NCBI GenBank assembly: GCA_018654845.1
Contig: JABIKU010000011.1
Location: 29,596-93,595, forward strand
Direction of reading: 5' to 3'
DNA: 64,000 nt
DNA from: Methanobacteriota archaeon
Lineage (GTDB): Archaea; Thermoplasmatota; Poseidoniia; Poseidoniales; Thalassarchaeaceae
Below the pieces are notes generated by a model that saw only the letters and a program-made list of their open reading frames with translations, was not told the origin of the DNA and searched no databases. Position numbers and translations under genes: made by a program. Below, one piece after another: positions 54,785 to 63,998 of the stretch (position 1 is the stretch's first letter; every line of letters starts with the position of its first letter).

Positions 54785-56842
54785 GTGGTGAGAATAATGT
54801 TTAGCGAACAAGAAAGAATGGTATTTATTGGATTGGTTGTGATTTGTGGAGCACTAGCTTGGCCTGGATTTTACAATATGTTCAAAATCATTCGAAAGGG
54901 AGGGGAAGTCAATCGTTTTGATAATATTATCAAACGCTTCCTCACTGCTACTATCGATGTACTATTACAAAAACCGATTTTCAAAACTAGACCTTTTGTA
55001 AGTATTTTGCACGCATTCATTTTCTTTGGGTTTTCATTTTATTTACTTGTAAATGTTAGTGATTTACTCGAGGCATTTGTCGAAGGATGGACAACTATCG
55101 ACCGTGGTCCAATATTTGGAACTTTCAATTTACTTGCTGACCTATTCAGTGTATTAGTTTTGGTCGGTATGATTTCGATGCTCTATAGAAGATTTGTAGT
55201 GAAGCCAAAAGCATTCGAGTTCAATGACAATGTATTACTCCATCCGAAAGTTGCGAAAGGTTCAATCAAAAAAGATTCTCTTTTCGTTGGAATATTCATA
55301 CTCTTGCACGTCGGCTCAAGATGGGTTGGAACTGCAATTAGAATGGCAGAGGAGGGGCATACGAATGCTTGGCTACCAACCGCTAGCCTACTCGTCCCAT
55401 TATTCTCAGATATGAGCCCTGAATCGCTTGAACAGGCTTTCCACATTACTTGGTGGATAGCGATGGGTTTGATTGTGATGTTCATCCCATATTTCCCGCG
55501 CTCAAAACACATTCACTTGATGATCGCTCCCATAAATCTAGCACTCGGCAGAAATACGCCAGTAGGTGCTCTAGACCCTGTCATAGACTATTCATCTCCC
55601 GGAGCGAGTGGAATCCTCGAACTCCCCTGGCCTCAATTGCTCGATCCTTACGCTTGCATAATGTGCACTCGCTGTCATGAAGTGTGTCCCGCACATGAGA
55701 GTGGAACCTCACTGAGTCCATCCGCGCTCGAAATCAATAAACGATATTTGATGAATGAAAGTGGAAGTTCACTCGCTGCAGGCGAAGATATTCAATTACT
55801 AGATTCAGCGATTAGTAGCGATGCGGTCTGGTCTTGTACAACCTGCAATGCCTGTGTTTCAATTTGCCCGGTAGGCAATGAGCCGATGCAAGATATCATT
55901 CAGATGCGACGGAGCATGGTGTTCGACTCAAATATGCCCGACGAACTAGCTGATACTCTTCGTTCCCTTGATGAACAAGGAAACTCATTTGGTGAATCAA
56001 ACCGAAAACGTAGTCGTTGGACAAAACCACTTAATATCGATATCAAAGATGCGAGTAAAGAAGCAGTAGACATCCTTTGGTTTGTTGGTGATTTCGCATC
56101 ATTCAATCAATCTTGTACCGATACCACCCGCAAGGTTGCAGAAGTATTAACTGCGGCTGGTGTTGATTTTGGTATCATTAAGAAAGGTGAGAAAAGTGCT
56201 GGAAATGATGTCCGTAGAGTCGGTGAAGAAGGGTTATTTGAATCGTTGGCAGAACAAAATATCGAGAAATTAGCTGGCTGTGAATTCAACAGAATTATGA
56301 CTACAGATCCGCATACATTCAATGCATTGAAGAATGAATATCCAGCATTGGGTGGAGAATATGAAGTAGTTCATTACTCTACTCTTTTACTCGAAATGAT
56401 GGAGTCAGGAATTATTAATCTCGATGAAACACTTTCTGGTAATGCAACATATCACGATCCGTGTTATCTCGGCCGTTATAATGGAATTTATGAGGCTCCT
56501 CGAGGAGTAATAGAGAGATGTGGATTATCGATTGTGGAAATGCCCCGTAATCGAGATAATTCATTATGTTGTGGCGCAGGTGGCGGACAAATTTGGATGA
56601 ATGATCACGATGATATGACCCAGCGCCCTTCTGAAATGCGTATCGAAGAGGCACTATCCGTTGGTGTTTCTCGTTTCCTAGTCGCTTGTCCTAAAGATAT
56701 GACTATGTATTCTGATGCAGTCAAGACAAGCGGCCACGAAGGCGAAATAATCGTCGAGGACATTATTGACCTAGTTTACTCGGCTATGAATATGCAAGTT
56801 GAGAAAATGCTGCCATCCAACGTGGATGGGGTTCTAACTTGA
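54785..56842 (+). CDS. Membrane-bound Fe-S oxidoreductase (FadF/Emo-like; TM + 2x[4Fe-4S] + 2 CCG), probable ETF:quinone link
   Basis: N-terminal TMs with His (LHAFIFFGF, FHIT, KHIH); CIMCTRCHEVCP, CTTCNACVSICP; HDPCYLGRYN, CCGAGGG, ACPKD. Start GTG 54785 or ATG 54797. Confidence 0.8.
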   Translation: MVRIMFSEQERMVFIGLVVICGALAWPGFYNMFKIIRKGGEVNRFDNIIKRFLTATIDVLLQKPIFKTRPFVSILHAFIFFGFSFYLLVNVSDLLEAFVEGWTTIDRGPIFGTFNLLADLFSVLVLVGMISMLYRRFVVKPKAFEFNDNVLLHPKVAKGSIKKDSLFVGIFILLHVGSRWVGTAIRMAEEGHTNAWLPTASLLVPLFSDMSPESLEQAFHITWWIAMGLIVMFIPYFPRSKHIHLMIAPINLALGRNTPVGALDPVIDYSSPGASGILELPWPQLLDPYACIMCTRCHEVCPAHESGTSLSPSALEINKRYLMNESGSSLAAGEDIQLLDSAISSDAVWSCTTCNACVSICPVGNEPMQDIIQMRRSMVFDSNMPDELADTLRSLDEQGNSFGESNRKRSRWTKPLNIDIKDASKEAVDILWFVGDFASFNQSCTDTTRKVAEVLTAAGVDFGIIKKGEKSAGNDVRRVGEEGLFESLAEQNIEKLAGCEFNRIMTTDPHTFNALKNEYPALGGEYEVVHYSTLLLEMMESGIINLDETLSGNATYHDPCYLGRYNGIYEAPRGVIERCGLSIVEMPRNRDNSLCCGAGGGQIWMNDHDDMTQRPSEMRIEEALSVGVSRFLVACPKDMTMYSDAVKTSGHEGEIIVEDIIDLVYSAMNMQVEKMLPSNVDGVLT

Positions 56843-56864
56843 ATGAGTTGAGGATGCCGATATA

Positions 56865-58292
56865 ATGGTCAATTACGGTTTCGTCATCGACAATCGCAAG
56901 TGTATTGGATGCCATGCATGTACTGTCGCATGTAAGTCTGAACACGATGTCCCTATCGGAGTAAACCGCACTCACGTAAAGTACATCGAAACTGGAACTT
57001 ATCCAGATGTCACTCGTGAATTTAGTGTCCATCGCTGTAATCATTGCGAAGATTCACCATGTACTACAATTTGTCCAACTAGTGCACTATTCACAAGAGA
57101 TGATGGCATCGTTGACTTCGATGATGACCGTTGTATCGGATGCAAATCTTGTATGCAAGCCTGTCCTTACGATGCTCTCTATATCGACCCTAACAAAGGC
57201 ACGGCGGCTAAGTGCAATTATTGTGCTCATCGCATCGAACATTCATACGAGCCAGCTTGTGTCATTGTCTGTCCGACCGAAGCGATTGTTTCTGGAGATC
57301 TTGATGATGAAAATTCTTCAATCTCAGGATATCTGCGTGATCATGTAACAACGGTTCGTAAACCTGAATCGGGTGCAAATCCCAATGTATACTATGTTGA
57401 GACAAGTGAAGAAATGTTAGACCCTAAAGCAACTGAACGCTCCGGCGAATACCTGTGGACCGACCAGGCAGCAGGAGTTGGCCATTATGCAAAATATGCA
57501 GATCAACGTCTCGGTGCAGCAGATACAAATTCAATGATTGTACAATTAGCTCTCGAGAAAAAGGCACGAGCTGCGGCTGGAAGAGACCGAGCAATCATTC
57601 GAGATGTCATGGAGCGCTTGGACGAGCAAGCAGGGAAGCCGAAACGCTCCTATGACCAACCAGCGAAAGGCATCCTTTGGGACTGGGACGTTGCAGGATA
57701 TCTCGTCACCAAATCTACAGCTGCTGGTTTGTACATTCTGATGATGCTCGCGATGATTACTGGGAAAATCAATTTCGGCAGCGAAATCCTCATCGCGTTG
57801 GTAGCTAGCATAGGATTACTAGGATTAACCGGATTACTCCTCATTAATGATTTAGACAAACCAATGCGGTTCGTCTATGTTCTCTTGCGACCTAATTTTT
57901 CTTCCTGGCTCGTAAAGGGAGGATACACACTCGGTGCATTCGCCAACATCATGGTCGTGCATTTAGGGATATTTTTCCTCGATATGCCTGAAATTTGGCA
58001 TATGTGGTTAGCAATTCTTGGAATCCCTCTAGCTTGGTTGACTGGAAATTACACTGGTTGGTTATTCAAGCAAGCAAAGGGACGTGAAAAATGGGCGAAC
58101 CGTACCAATCAAGAAATCATTATCACAGGTTCAATCGAAATGTTGGTTTTCGGTGGAGCTGCCGCGCTTCTATTGCTCTTCTCAGGAATTCTGCAATATC
58201 TTGCTCTATCCGGAGCCGTACTAATTTTCACCTTCGGATACAAGCACGTGCTACACGATTTGCGTAGTGCTCAAGTGGAGACACTACATTGA
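56865..58292 (+). CDS. Fusion of DmsB/PsrB-type 4x[4Fe-4S] subunit and NrfD/PsrC-type membrane anchor
   Basis: CIGCHACTVAC, CNHCEDSPCTTICP, CIGCKSCMQACP, KCNYC...PACVIVCP; then WDWDVAGYL, DLDKPMRF, SSWLVKG. Confidence 0.87.
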   Translation: MVNYGFVIDNRKCIGCHACTVACKSEHDVPIGVNRTHVKYIETGTYPDVTREFSVHRCNHCEDSPCTTICPTSALFTRDDGIVDFDDDRCIGCKSCMQACPYDALYIDPNKGTAAKCNYCAHRIEHSYEPACVIVCPTEAIVSGDLDDENSSISGYLRDHVTTVRKPESGANPNVYYVETSEEMLDPKATERSGEYLWTDQAAGVGHYAKYADQRLGAADTNSMIVQLALEKKARAAAGRDRAIIRDVMERLDEQAGKPKRSYDQPAKGILWDWDVAGYLVTKSTAAGLYILMMLAMITGKINFGSEILIALVASIGLLGLTGLLLINDLDKPMRFVYVLLRPNFSSWLVKGGYTLGAFANIMVVHLGIFFLDMPEIWHMWLAILGIPLAWLTGNYTGWLFKQAKGREKWANRTNQEIIITGSIEMLVFGGAAALLLLFSGILQYLALSGAVLIFTFGYKHVLHDLRSAQVETLH

Positions 58293-58302
58293 GGTGAATG
58301 AT

Positions 58303-61032
58303 ATGGCAAAAACAATTATCGAAGGTATCGCACAAAAATTGCGAATCATACCAAACCTCGACCGAAATGTCACTGAAGGAAATTTAGAACCTCTCCGAAA
58401 ATTCCCCTCATCTAATGAATGGCACAATCATATCGAATTAGATGCAAATTCTTGGCCGGTACGAATTGAGAGGAAATATTCCTTAGTGCCAACAACTTGT
58501 TTCAATTGCGAATCCGCATGTGGCCTGCTCGCATATGTAGACAAAGGAACCAGGCAAGTATCCAAATTCGAAGGAAACCCACACCACCCTGGTAGTCGCG
58601 GGAGAAATTGCGCTAAAGGACCGGCTACAATTAATCAAATTCAGGATACTGAGCGTATTTTGTACCCAATGCGAAGAGTCGGAGGGCGTGGTGAAGGTGG
58701 TTGGGAGAGAATATCTTGGGATGAGGCGTTGGATGAAATTTCAACAAAAATCCGCGCATCACTAAAGACTGGCGCAGTCGACAAAGTCGTTTATCACGTA
58801 GGTAGACCAGGGCATGAAGGATACATGAATCGCGTCCTCAAAGCCTGGGGTGTAGATGGCCATAATTCACACACAAATATCTGTTCAGCTGGGGCGCGAA
58901 CTGGATATGCGCTTTGGCATAAACACGATAGACCAAGTCCCGATCATACAAATGCAAAGGTCATACTTCTAACATCTTCTCACCTTGAAACCGGCCATTA
59001 TTTCAATCCTCATGCTCAACGAATTCTAGAAGGAATGATGGATGGAGCAAAACTCATCGTCATCGACCCTAGACTCTCGAATACGGCGGCGATGGCAGAT
59101 TATTGGCTACCAACCTGGCCGGGAAGTGAGCCAGCATTATTCCTCGCGTGGGCAAAAATGATTATTGAGCGCGGCCTATTTGACCGCGAATTCATGGAAA
59201 CTCAGGTTAATTGGGATGCTTGGATGAAAGCTGTCCACCCCGATGAGCCTTGCAATTTCGATCGATATATCGAATTACTAACTGAAGAATACGCTGAATA
59301 TACACCGGAATTTGCTGCAGAAGAATGCAAGATCCCGGTCGAACAAGTTATCGAAGCTGGAGAGGTGGTTGCAAGTGCAGGAACACAATTGTGTACCCAC
59401 GTTTGGCGCAGTGCTTCTATCGGAAACTTAGGGGGATGGCAAGTAAGCCGTACACTTCATTTCCTCAATGTCCTGACAGGATCGGTAGGAACAGAAGGGG
59501 GAACCTCACCTAATTCATGGTCTAAATTCAAACCAGATCTCTTCGATAATCCACCTGACCCAGATGGCTGGAACGAACTCCATTTCCCACCTGAATACAC
59601 TATGTCTCACTTCGAAATGAGTCACATTCTACCTCATCTAATCAAGGATGGAAGAGGCTCAATGGATGTTTACTTCACACGTGTATTCAATCCGGTTTGG
59701 ACATTTCCTGATGGATTTTCATGGATGGAAATGTTGCAGAATAAGGAATCGGTTGGCTGCCATGTCGCAATGACTCCAACCTGGAATGAAACTGCATTCT
59801 TTGCTGATTATGTTCTACCTATGGGGCATTCAGCCGAGCGACATGACGTCAATTCTTACGCGACGTCCTCGGGTAAGTGGGTAGCATTCCGCCAACCTGT
59901 TCTGCGTGAATATGCACGCAGAGAGGGACGGGAAGTCGAATTTACTCACGAAGTAAATCCAGGGGAAGTTTGGGAAGAAGATGAATTCTGGAACGAGTTA
60001 TCGTGGCGAATCGATGATGGCACGATGGGGATACGTGAGCACTTCATGAGCCCATACCGTGAAGGAGAAAAAATCACTATCGATGAATATTATCAGTATC
60101 TTTTCGAGCGTGTCCCGGGTCTTCCTGAAGCCGCAGAAAAAGAAGGTACTGACGCCCTAGGATACATGAGGAAACATGGAGCATTCCTCATTGAAGAATC
60201 GACATACAAAAAGTATGAGGAAGAAGGATGGCCTACCCCTTCAGGTAAGCAAGAATTCTATTCAGAAACAATGATTGAATTCGGCTATCCTGAACACTCA
60301 ATACCTCATTACCGACAAAAATCTCATGTTCACCCAGAAAATCTTGTAGGCGAAAACGAATATTGTCTACTGCCTAACTTCCGACTTCCACAACATATCC
60401 ACTCCCGCTCAGCCAATGCAAAATGGTTAGTCGAAATCGCTCATAGAAATCCAATTTGGATTCATCCGAAAGATGCAAGAAAACTGGGCGTTGCCGAAGG
60501 GGATTTACTAAAAATCGAAACTGAAATCGGTTGGTTCGTCGACAAGGTATGGGTCACTGAAGGTATCAAACCTGGCGTAGTTGGTTGCAGCCACCACATA
60601 GGCCGGTGGCGGCGAAATCAAGATGCTGGTAATCGCTTCCTAACAAATACTGTCAACATCGAAGATAACGGTGACGGCAAGATGCGAATGAGGACTGTCA
60701 GCGGCATCGAACCGTGGAAGTCGGATGACCCCGATACCAACAGAATTTGGTGGAGGGACGGCGGGGTTCACCAGAACATAACTCACGCCGTACAACCAGA
60801 TCCAATCTCTGGAGCCCATTGCTGGCTCCAGAAGGTCAAATTATCCCTCCCGGGAGAAGGCGAAGAATACGGAGACATCGAGGTAGATCAACAAAAGTCG
60901 TTTGATTATTATAAACGGTGGAATAACTGGGCAAAGGATAGAGAAACTCATCCGAGAGGTGAGCGACGTCCACTATGGATGAAAAGACCATTACCGCCAA
61001 AGAAAGAACACTGGTATATCAAAGAGGAATAA
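58303..61032 (+). CDS. DMSO-reductase-family molybdopterin oxidoreductase catalytic subunit, no Tat signal (Soe/Sre/Psr-like)
   Basis: TCFNCESACG...GRNCAKG (FS0), ISWDEAL, HTNICSA, IDPRLS, C-terminal HSRSANAKWL..IWIHPKDA; GAGGTGA RBS, ATG 58303. Confidence 0.88.
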   Translation: MAKTIIEGIAQKLRIIPNLDRNVTEGNLEPLRKFPSSNEWHNHIELDANSWPVRIERKYSLVPTTCFNCESACGLLAYVDKGTRQVSKFEGNPHHPGSRGRNCAKGPATINQIQDTERILYPMRRVGGRGEGGWERISWDEALDEISTKIRASLKTGAVDKVVYHVGRPGHEGYMNRVLKAWGVDGHNSHTNICSAGARTGYALWHKHDRPSPDHTNAKVILLTSSHLETGHYFNPHAQRILEGMMDGAKLIVIDPRLSNTAAMADYWLPTWPGSEPALFLAWAKMIIERGLFDREFMETQVNWDAWMKAVHPDEPCNFDRYIELLTEEYAEYTPEFAAEECKIPVEQVIEAGEVVASAGTQLCTHVWRSASIGNLGGWQVSRTLHFLNVLTGSVGTEGGTSPNSWSKFKPDLFDNPPDPDGWNELHFPPEYTMSHFEMSHILPHLIKDGRGSMDVYFTRVFNPVWTFPDGFSWMEMLQNKESVGCHVAMTPTWNETAFFADYVLPMGHSAERHDVNSYATSSGKWVAFRQPVLREYARREGREVEFTHEVNPGEVWEEDEFWNELSWRIDDGTMGIREHFMSPYREGEKITIDEYYQYLFERVPGLPEAAEKEGTDALGYMRKHGAFLIEESTYKKYEEEGWPTPSGKQEFYSETMIEFGYPEHSIPHYRQKSHVHPENLVGENEYCLLPNFRLPQHIHSRSANAKWLVEIAHRNPIWIHPKDARKLGVAEGDLLKIETEIGWFVDKVWVTEGIKPGVVGCSHHIGRWRRNQDAGNRFLTNTVNIEDNGDGKMRMRTVSGIEPWKSDDPDTNRIWWRDGGVHQNITHAVQPDPISGAHCWLQKVKLSLPGEGEEYGDIEVDQQKSFDYYKRWNNWAKDRETHPRGERRPLWMKRPLPPKKEHWYIKEE

Positions 61033-61035
61033 ATT

Positions 61036-61863
61036 ATGGAATTTGAATTGATAATCGCGATCGTTTTGATCTTGATGACTGCATTTATGTTTGCACCGCT
61101 CGGACTAGGTGGTGGAGTTCTCTATGTGCCAATATTCCTATTCTTACTCGATTGGGAAATCCACCTTGCACTCGTCTCGTCCCTCCTACTCGTTTGGATG
61201 GTTTCACTGGGAAGTAAAGCAGCCCATAGCAAAGGAGGTTATGCAGTAAAGGAAGTGGGTGACAAAGGAACCGTCGCAGCACTGATTGGAGTGGTTGTTG
61301 GGACGATATTAGCTGCTTTCATTATCGGTGAATTGGGCGATGTTCCAATTAAAATTCTCGCATCGATTCTTCTAGTATGGGTATTATACTCAACAATTAA
61401 AAAATTGACTAAAGAATTGAACGGCAACGGCAATGGTGATACAGAAACTCCAGTCGTTGAAGGAGAAATTTTGAACGCCTATCGGGCGGGTTGCTTTGGA
61501 GGAGGCGCAGCTTCAGGATTTTTAGGAATCGGTGGTGGTGCAATTTTCGTTACAATTCACAGCTCAATTCTTGGATTAAAGCAACACCAAGCAGCTGGAA
61601 CTTCATTCCTCATCGAGAGTTGGATAGTACCTACAGGAATCATAACTCACCTCATAATCGATGGTACAGGACCGGAAATTTTGCAGATATTTGGGATCTA
61701 CATCTTACCTATTTGCGGAATAGTTGCAGCAACATCTTGGCTCGGTGCTCAAGTTGCAATCAAAATGCTTCCACAAAGAGTGTTGACCTATCCATTCATC
61801 ATAGCAGTAGCTGCGAGTTTGATTAATTATCTGATGAATATCAAAGAGATGCTAGGTTACTAA
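61036..61863 (+). CDS. TauE/SafE-family sulfite/sulfur-compound exporter
   Basis: Two repeated halves: GLGGGVLYVP and GFLGIGGGAIFV...AAGTS; about 8 TM. Confidence 0.8.
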   Translation: MEFELIIAIVLILMTAFMFAPLGLGGGVLYVPIFLFLLDWEIHLALVSSLLLVWMVSLGSKAAHSKGGYAVKEVGDKGTVAALIGVVVGTILAAFIIGELGDVPIKILASILLVWVLYSTIKKLTKELNGNGNGDTETPVVEGEILNAYRAGCFGGGAASGFLGIGGGAIFVTIHSSILGLKQHQAAGTSFLIESWIVPTGIITHLIIDGTGPEILQIFGIYILPICGIVAATSWLGAQVAIKMLPQRVLTYPFIIAVAASLINYLMNIKEMLGY

Positions 61864-62091
61864 TTATTTAGAATAATACTCAGGGATATTTGTCCCCCAA
61901 GACACCTCATCCCAAACGATTTCGTGTATATAGTAAAATAACATCTTCAAAGGAAATTCAATAAGAATGAATTTTCCAGCTGTTTCGACTTCGCCAGTAA
62001 GAATCCAAGTTACTCCAGCTCCGGTAAGTGTTGCAATTATTCGCCAAACCAAAGTTTTTGCAAAAACTCTACTTCTAGTGTATATGCTCAT
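61864..62091 (-). CDS. DUF2061-family small membrane protein
   Basis: RS..FAKTLVWRIIAT, TG....AG, KMLFYYIHEIVW. Confidence 0.8.
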   Translation of the reverse strand: MSIYTRSRVFAKTLVWRIIATLTGAGVTWILTGEVETAGKFILIEFPLKMLFYYIHEIVWDEVSWGTNIPEYYSK

Positions 62092-62148
62092 GAATAAGAC
62101 GAACAGGGCATTACATATCCTCTTTTCGTCGATTATTGCTTATACTAG

Positions 62149-63384
62149 TTAAAATGCTTCAATAATCATAGCAATTCCCTGCCCGCCACCAATGCAGGCA
62201 GTTGCGATACCATAGCGTCCTCCGCTGCGTTTTAGCTCGAGAGCAAGGGTAAGAACAAGGCGGCTACCGGTAGCAGCTAATGGGTGTCCAAGACCTACCG
62301 CTCCGCCGTTAACATTGACAATCCCTGAAGAAATTCCTAATTCTTTCATACACGCGACCGCTTGTCCGGCGAATGCCTCATTGATTTCCCAACGATCGAT
62401 TTCTTCAACAGACATTCCTGCATTTTCAAGAGCCTTTAGGCTGCTTGGAACAGGTCCATATGCCATAATAGAGGGGTCGAGGCCAACTATACCCCAGGAA
62501 ATGATGCGAGCTAATGGCTCATCTCCATCCGCTTCTGCTCTGCTAGCTGATTTGATGACAACCGCAGCTGCCCCATCCACAACCCCAGATGCGTTTCCGG
62601 CTGTAACAAGCGAATCAGGGCCGAAATGAGTTCTTAATCCACCCAATGATTCTTCTGTTGTTCCGCGAACAAAGTGATCTTCTTCAGTTGCAGTAACAAG
62701 TCCATCTGCTGTTTCGACATTGACAATTTCTTCTGCCCATACGCCATTATCAACGCTCTTCTCTGTTCGAGAGTGGGACAAGACTGCGAAAGCGTCGGTC
62801 TCTTCTCTAGAAACTCCCACCTGAGCACAAAGTTTGTCACTGGTTTGAGCCATAAAGGAGTTACAGGTTTCATCTAGAAGATTTGTGAATAGGTAATCTT
62901 CCATATTTTTTGATAATACATCCCCTTCCCGTGGAGGGCGACCAAGTTTGTATGTATCTCGCATTCCACGTAATACATGAGGTGCTTGACTGAGATTTTC
63001 CATGCCTCCCGAAACGACGACTTCGGCTTCACCGAGCATAATCATTTGAGCACCAGATATGATTGACTGAACGCCACTTCCACATAGCCGATTAAGCGTC
63101 AACATCGGAACTTTTTGTGGAATTCCTGCATTCAAACCCGCATGACGAGCACCAAAAATCGCTTGATTGCTCGTCTGTAGTGCATGACCCATTACGACAT
63201 GATCGACAGATTCGGGAGAGGTTCCCGTTTTTTCTAATGCGCCCTTTATTGCAATAGTACCTAGTTGTTCAGCACTGACAGAAGCTAATCTACCACCGAC
63301 TTCGCCATCTCCGCGTTTGCCTCCAAGCCACTCACAAAATGGAGTTCTTGCACCACCGATTATGACTACGTCTTCGTTGCTCAT
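62149..63384 (-). CDS. Thiolase (acetyl-CoA C-acyltransferase)
   Basis: TLNRLCGSG, GGMENLS, VTAGNASGVVDGAA, NEAFA, GHPLAATG, ACIGGGQG. Confidence 0.95.
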   Translation of the reverse strand: MSNEDVVIIGGARTPFCEWLGGKRGDGEVGGRLASVSAEQLGTIAIKGALEKTGTSPESVDHVVMGHALQTSNQAIFGARHAGLNAGIPQKVPMLTLNRLCGSGVQSIISGAQMIMLGEAEVVVSGGMENLSQAPHVLRGMRDTYKLGRPPREGDVLSKNMEDYLFTNLLDETCNSFMAQTSDKLCAQVGVSREETDAFAVLSHSRTEKSVDNGVWAEEIVNVETADGLVTATEEDHFVRGTTEESLGGLRTHFGPDSLVTAGNASGVVDGAAAVVIKSASRAEADGDEPLARIISWGIVGLDPSIMAYGPVPSSLKALENAGMSVEEIDRWEINEAFAGQAVACMKELGISSGIVNVNGGAVGLGHPLAATGSRLVLTLALELKRSGGRYGIATACIGGGQGIAMIIEAF

Positions 63385-63440
63385 GAGCGGCCGATTAGAC
63401 TGACGTTCATGAGGCTAACGATTGGTTTTGTAAATCTGAT

Positions 63441-63998
63441 TCATTCGCCGTCTTCATCATTCATAGTGCCAAGATAATCAGGAAGTTCAACCCCAGCCAT
63501 CTTTGCCACGTCATGAATTGGTGGTAAACTCTGAACTAGTGAACTGACAAAATTACTAGTTGCAGAAGAACCATCGGCATTATTGCCACCATCCCATACA
63601 GTGACCTTATCGATCTTCATGTTGCGAATTGCTTCGACTTGAGCTGCGACCATACTCTCAATCTTCTCAACCATTAGCAATGTTGCTGCTGCTTTCGGAT
63701 CTCCACCAGAACTTGCAACTAGACCAGCATAACCTGCTGCCTTCGCCTCGAGAACCTTCTGAACACCAGCGGCCTCGGCTTCGTAAATTGACAGAATTGC
63801 GTCTGCTTCTCCACGAGCAATTCGGCGTTGACGTTCAGCCTCTGCCTCTGCAGCAATTTCAATTTGCTGTTTCTGAATATTTTCACGAACAATGTCACTA
63901 GCACGCAACTTTTCTTCTTCTTCAATGTATTTTGCACGTTGAATTGCTGCTTCAGAAGTAGCTGTTGCAACATCTGCTCGCTGTTTTGCAGTTGCTTC
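63441..63998 (-). CDS. Flotillin/SPFH-family protein, C-terminal part (5'-truncated by window edge)
   Basis: Frame open to the window end; AEAEAE/EAEA coiled-coil repeats, IDKVTVWDGG. Confidence 0.85.
   Translation of the reverse strand, partial: EATAKQRADVATATSEAAIQRAKYIEEEEKLRASDIVRENIQKQQIEIAAEAEAERQRRIARGEADAILSIYEAEAAGVQKVLEAKAAGYAGLVASSGGDPKAAATLLMVEKIESMVAAQVEAIRNMKIDKVTVWDGGNNADGSSATSNFVSSLVQSLPPIHDVAKMAGVELPDYLGTMNDEDGE

Noticed and set aside
58303-61032. Formate dehydrogenase or periplasmic nitrate/DMSO reductase
   Set aside because: The candidate ligand Cys is followed by Ser, not His; no Tat signal; the partner is an NrfD-type anchor.
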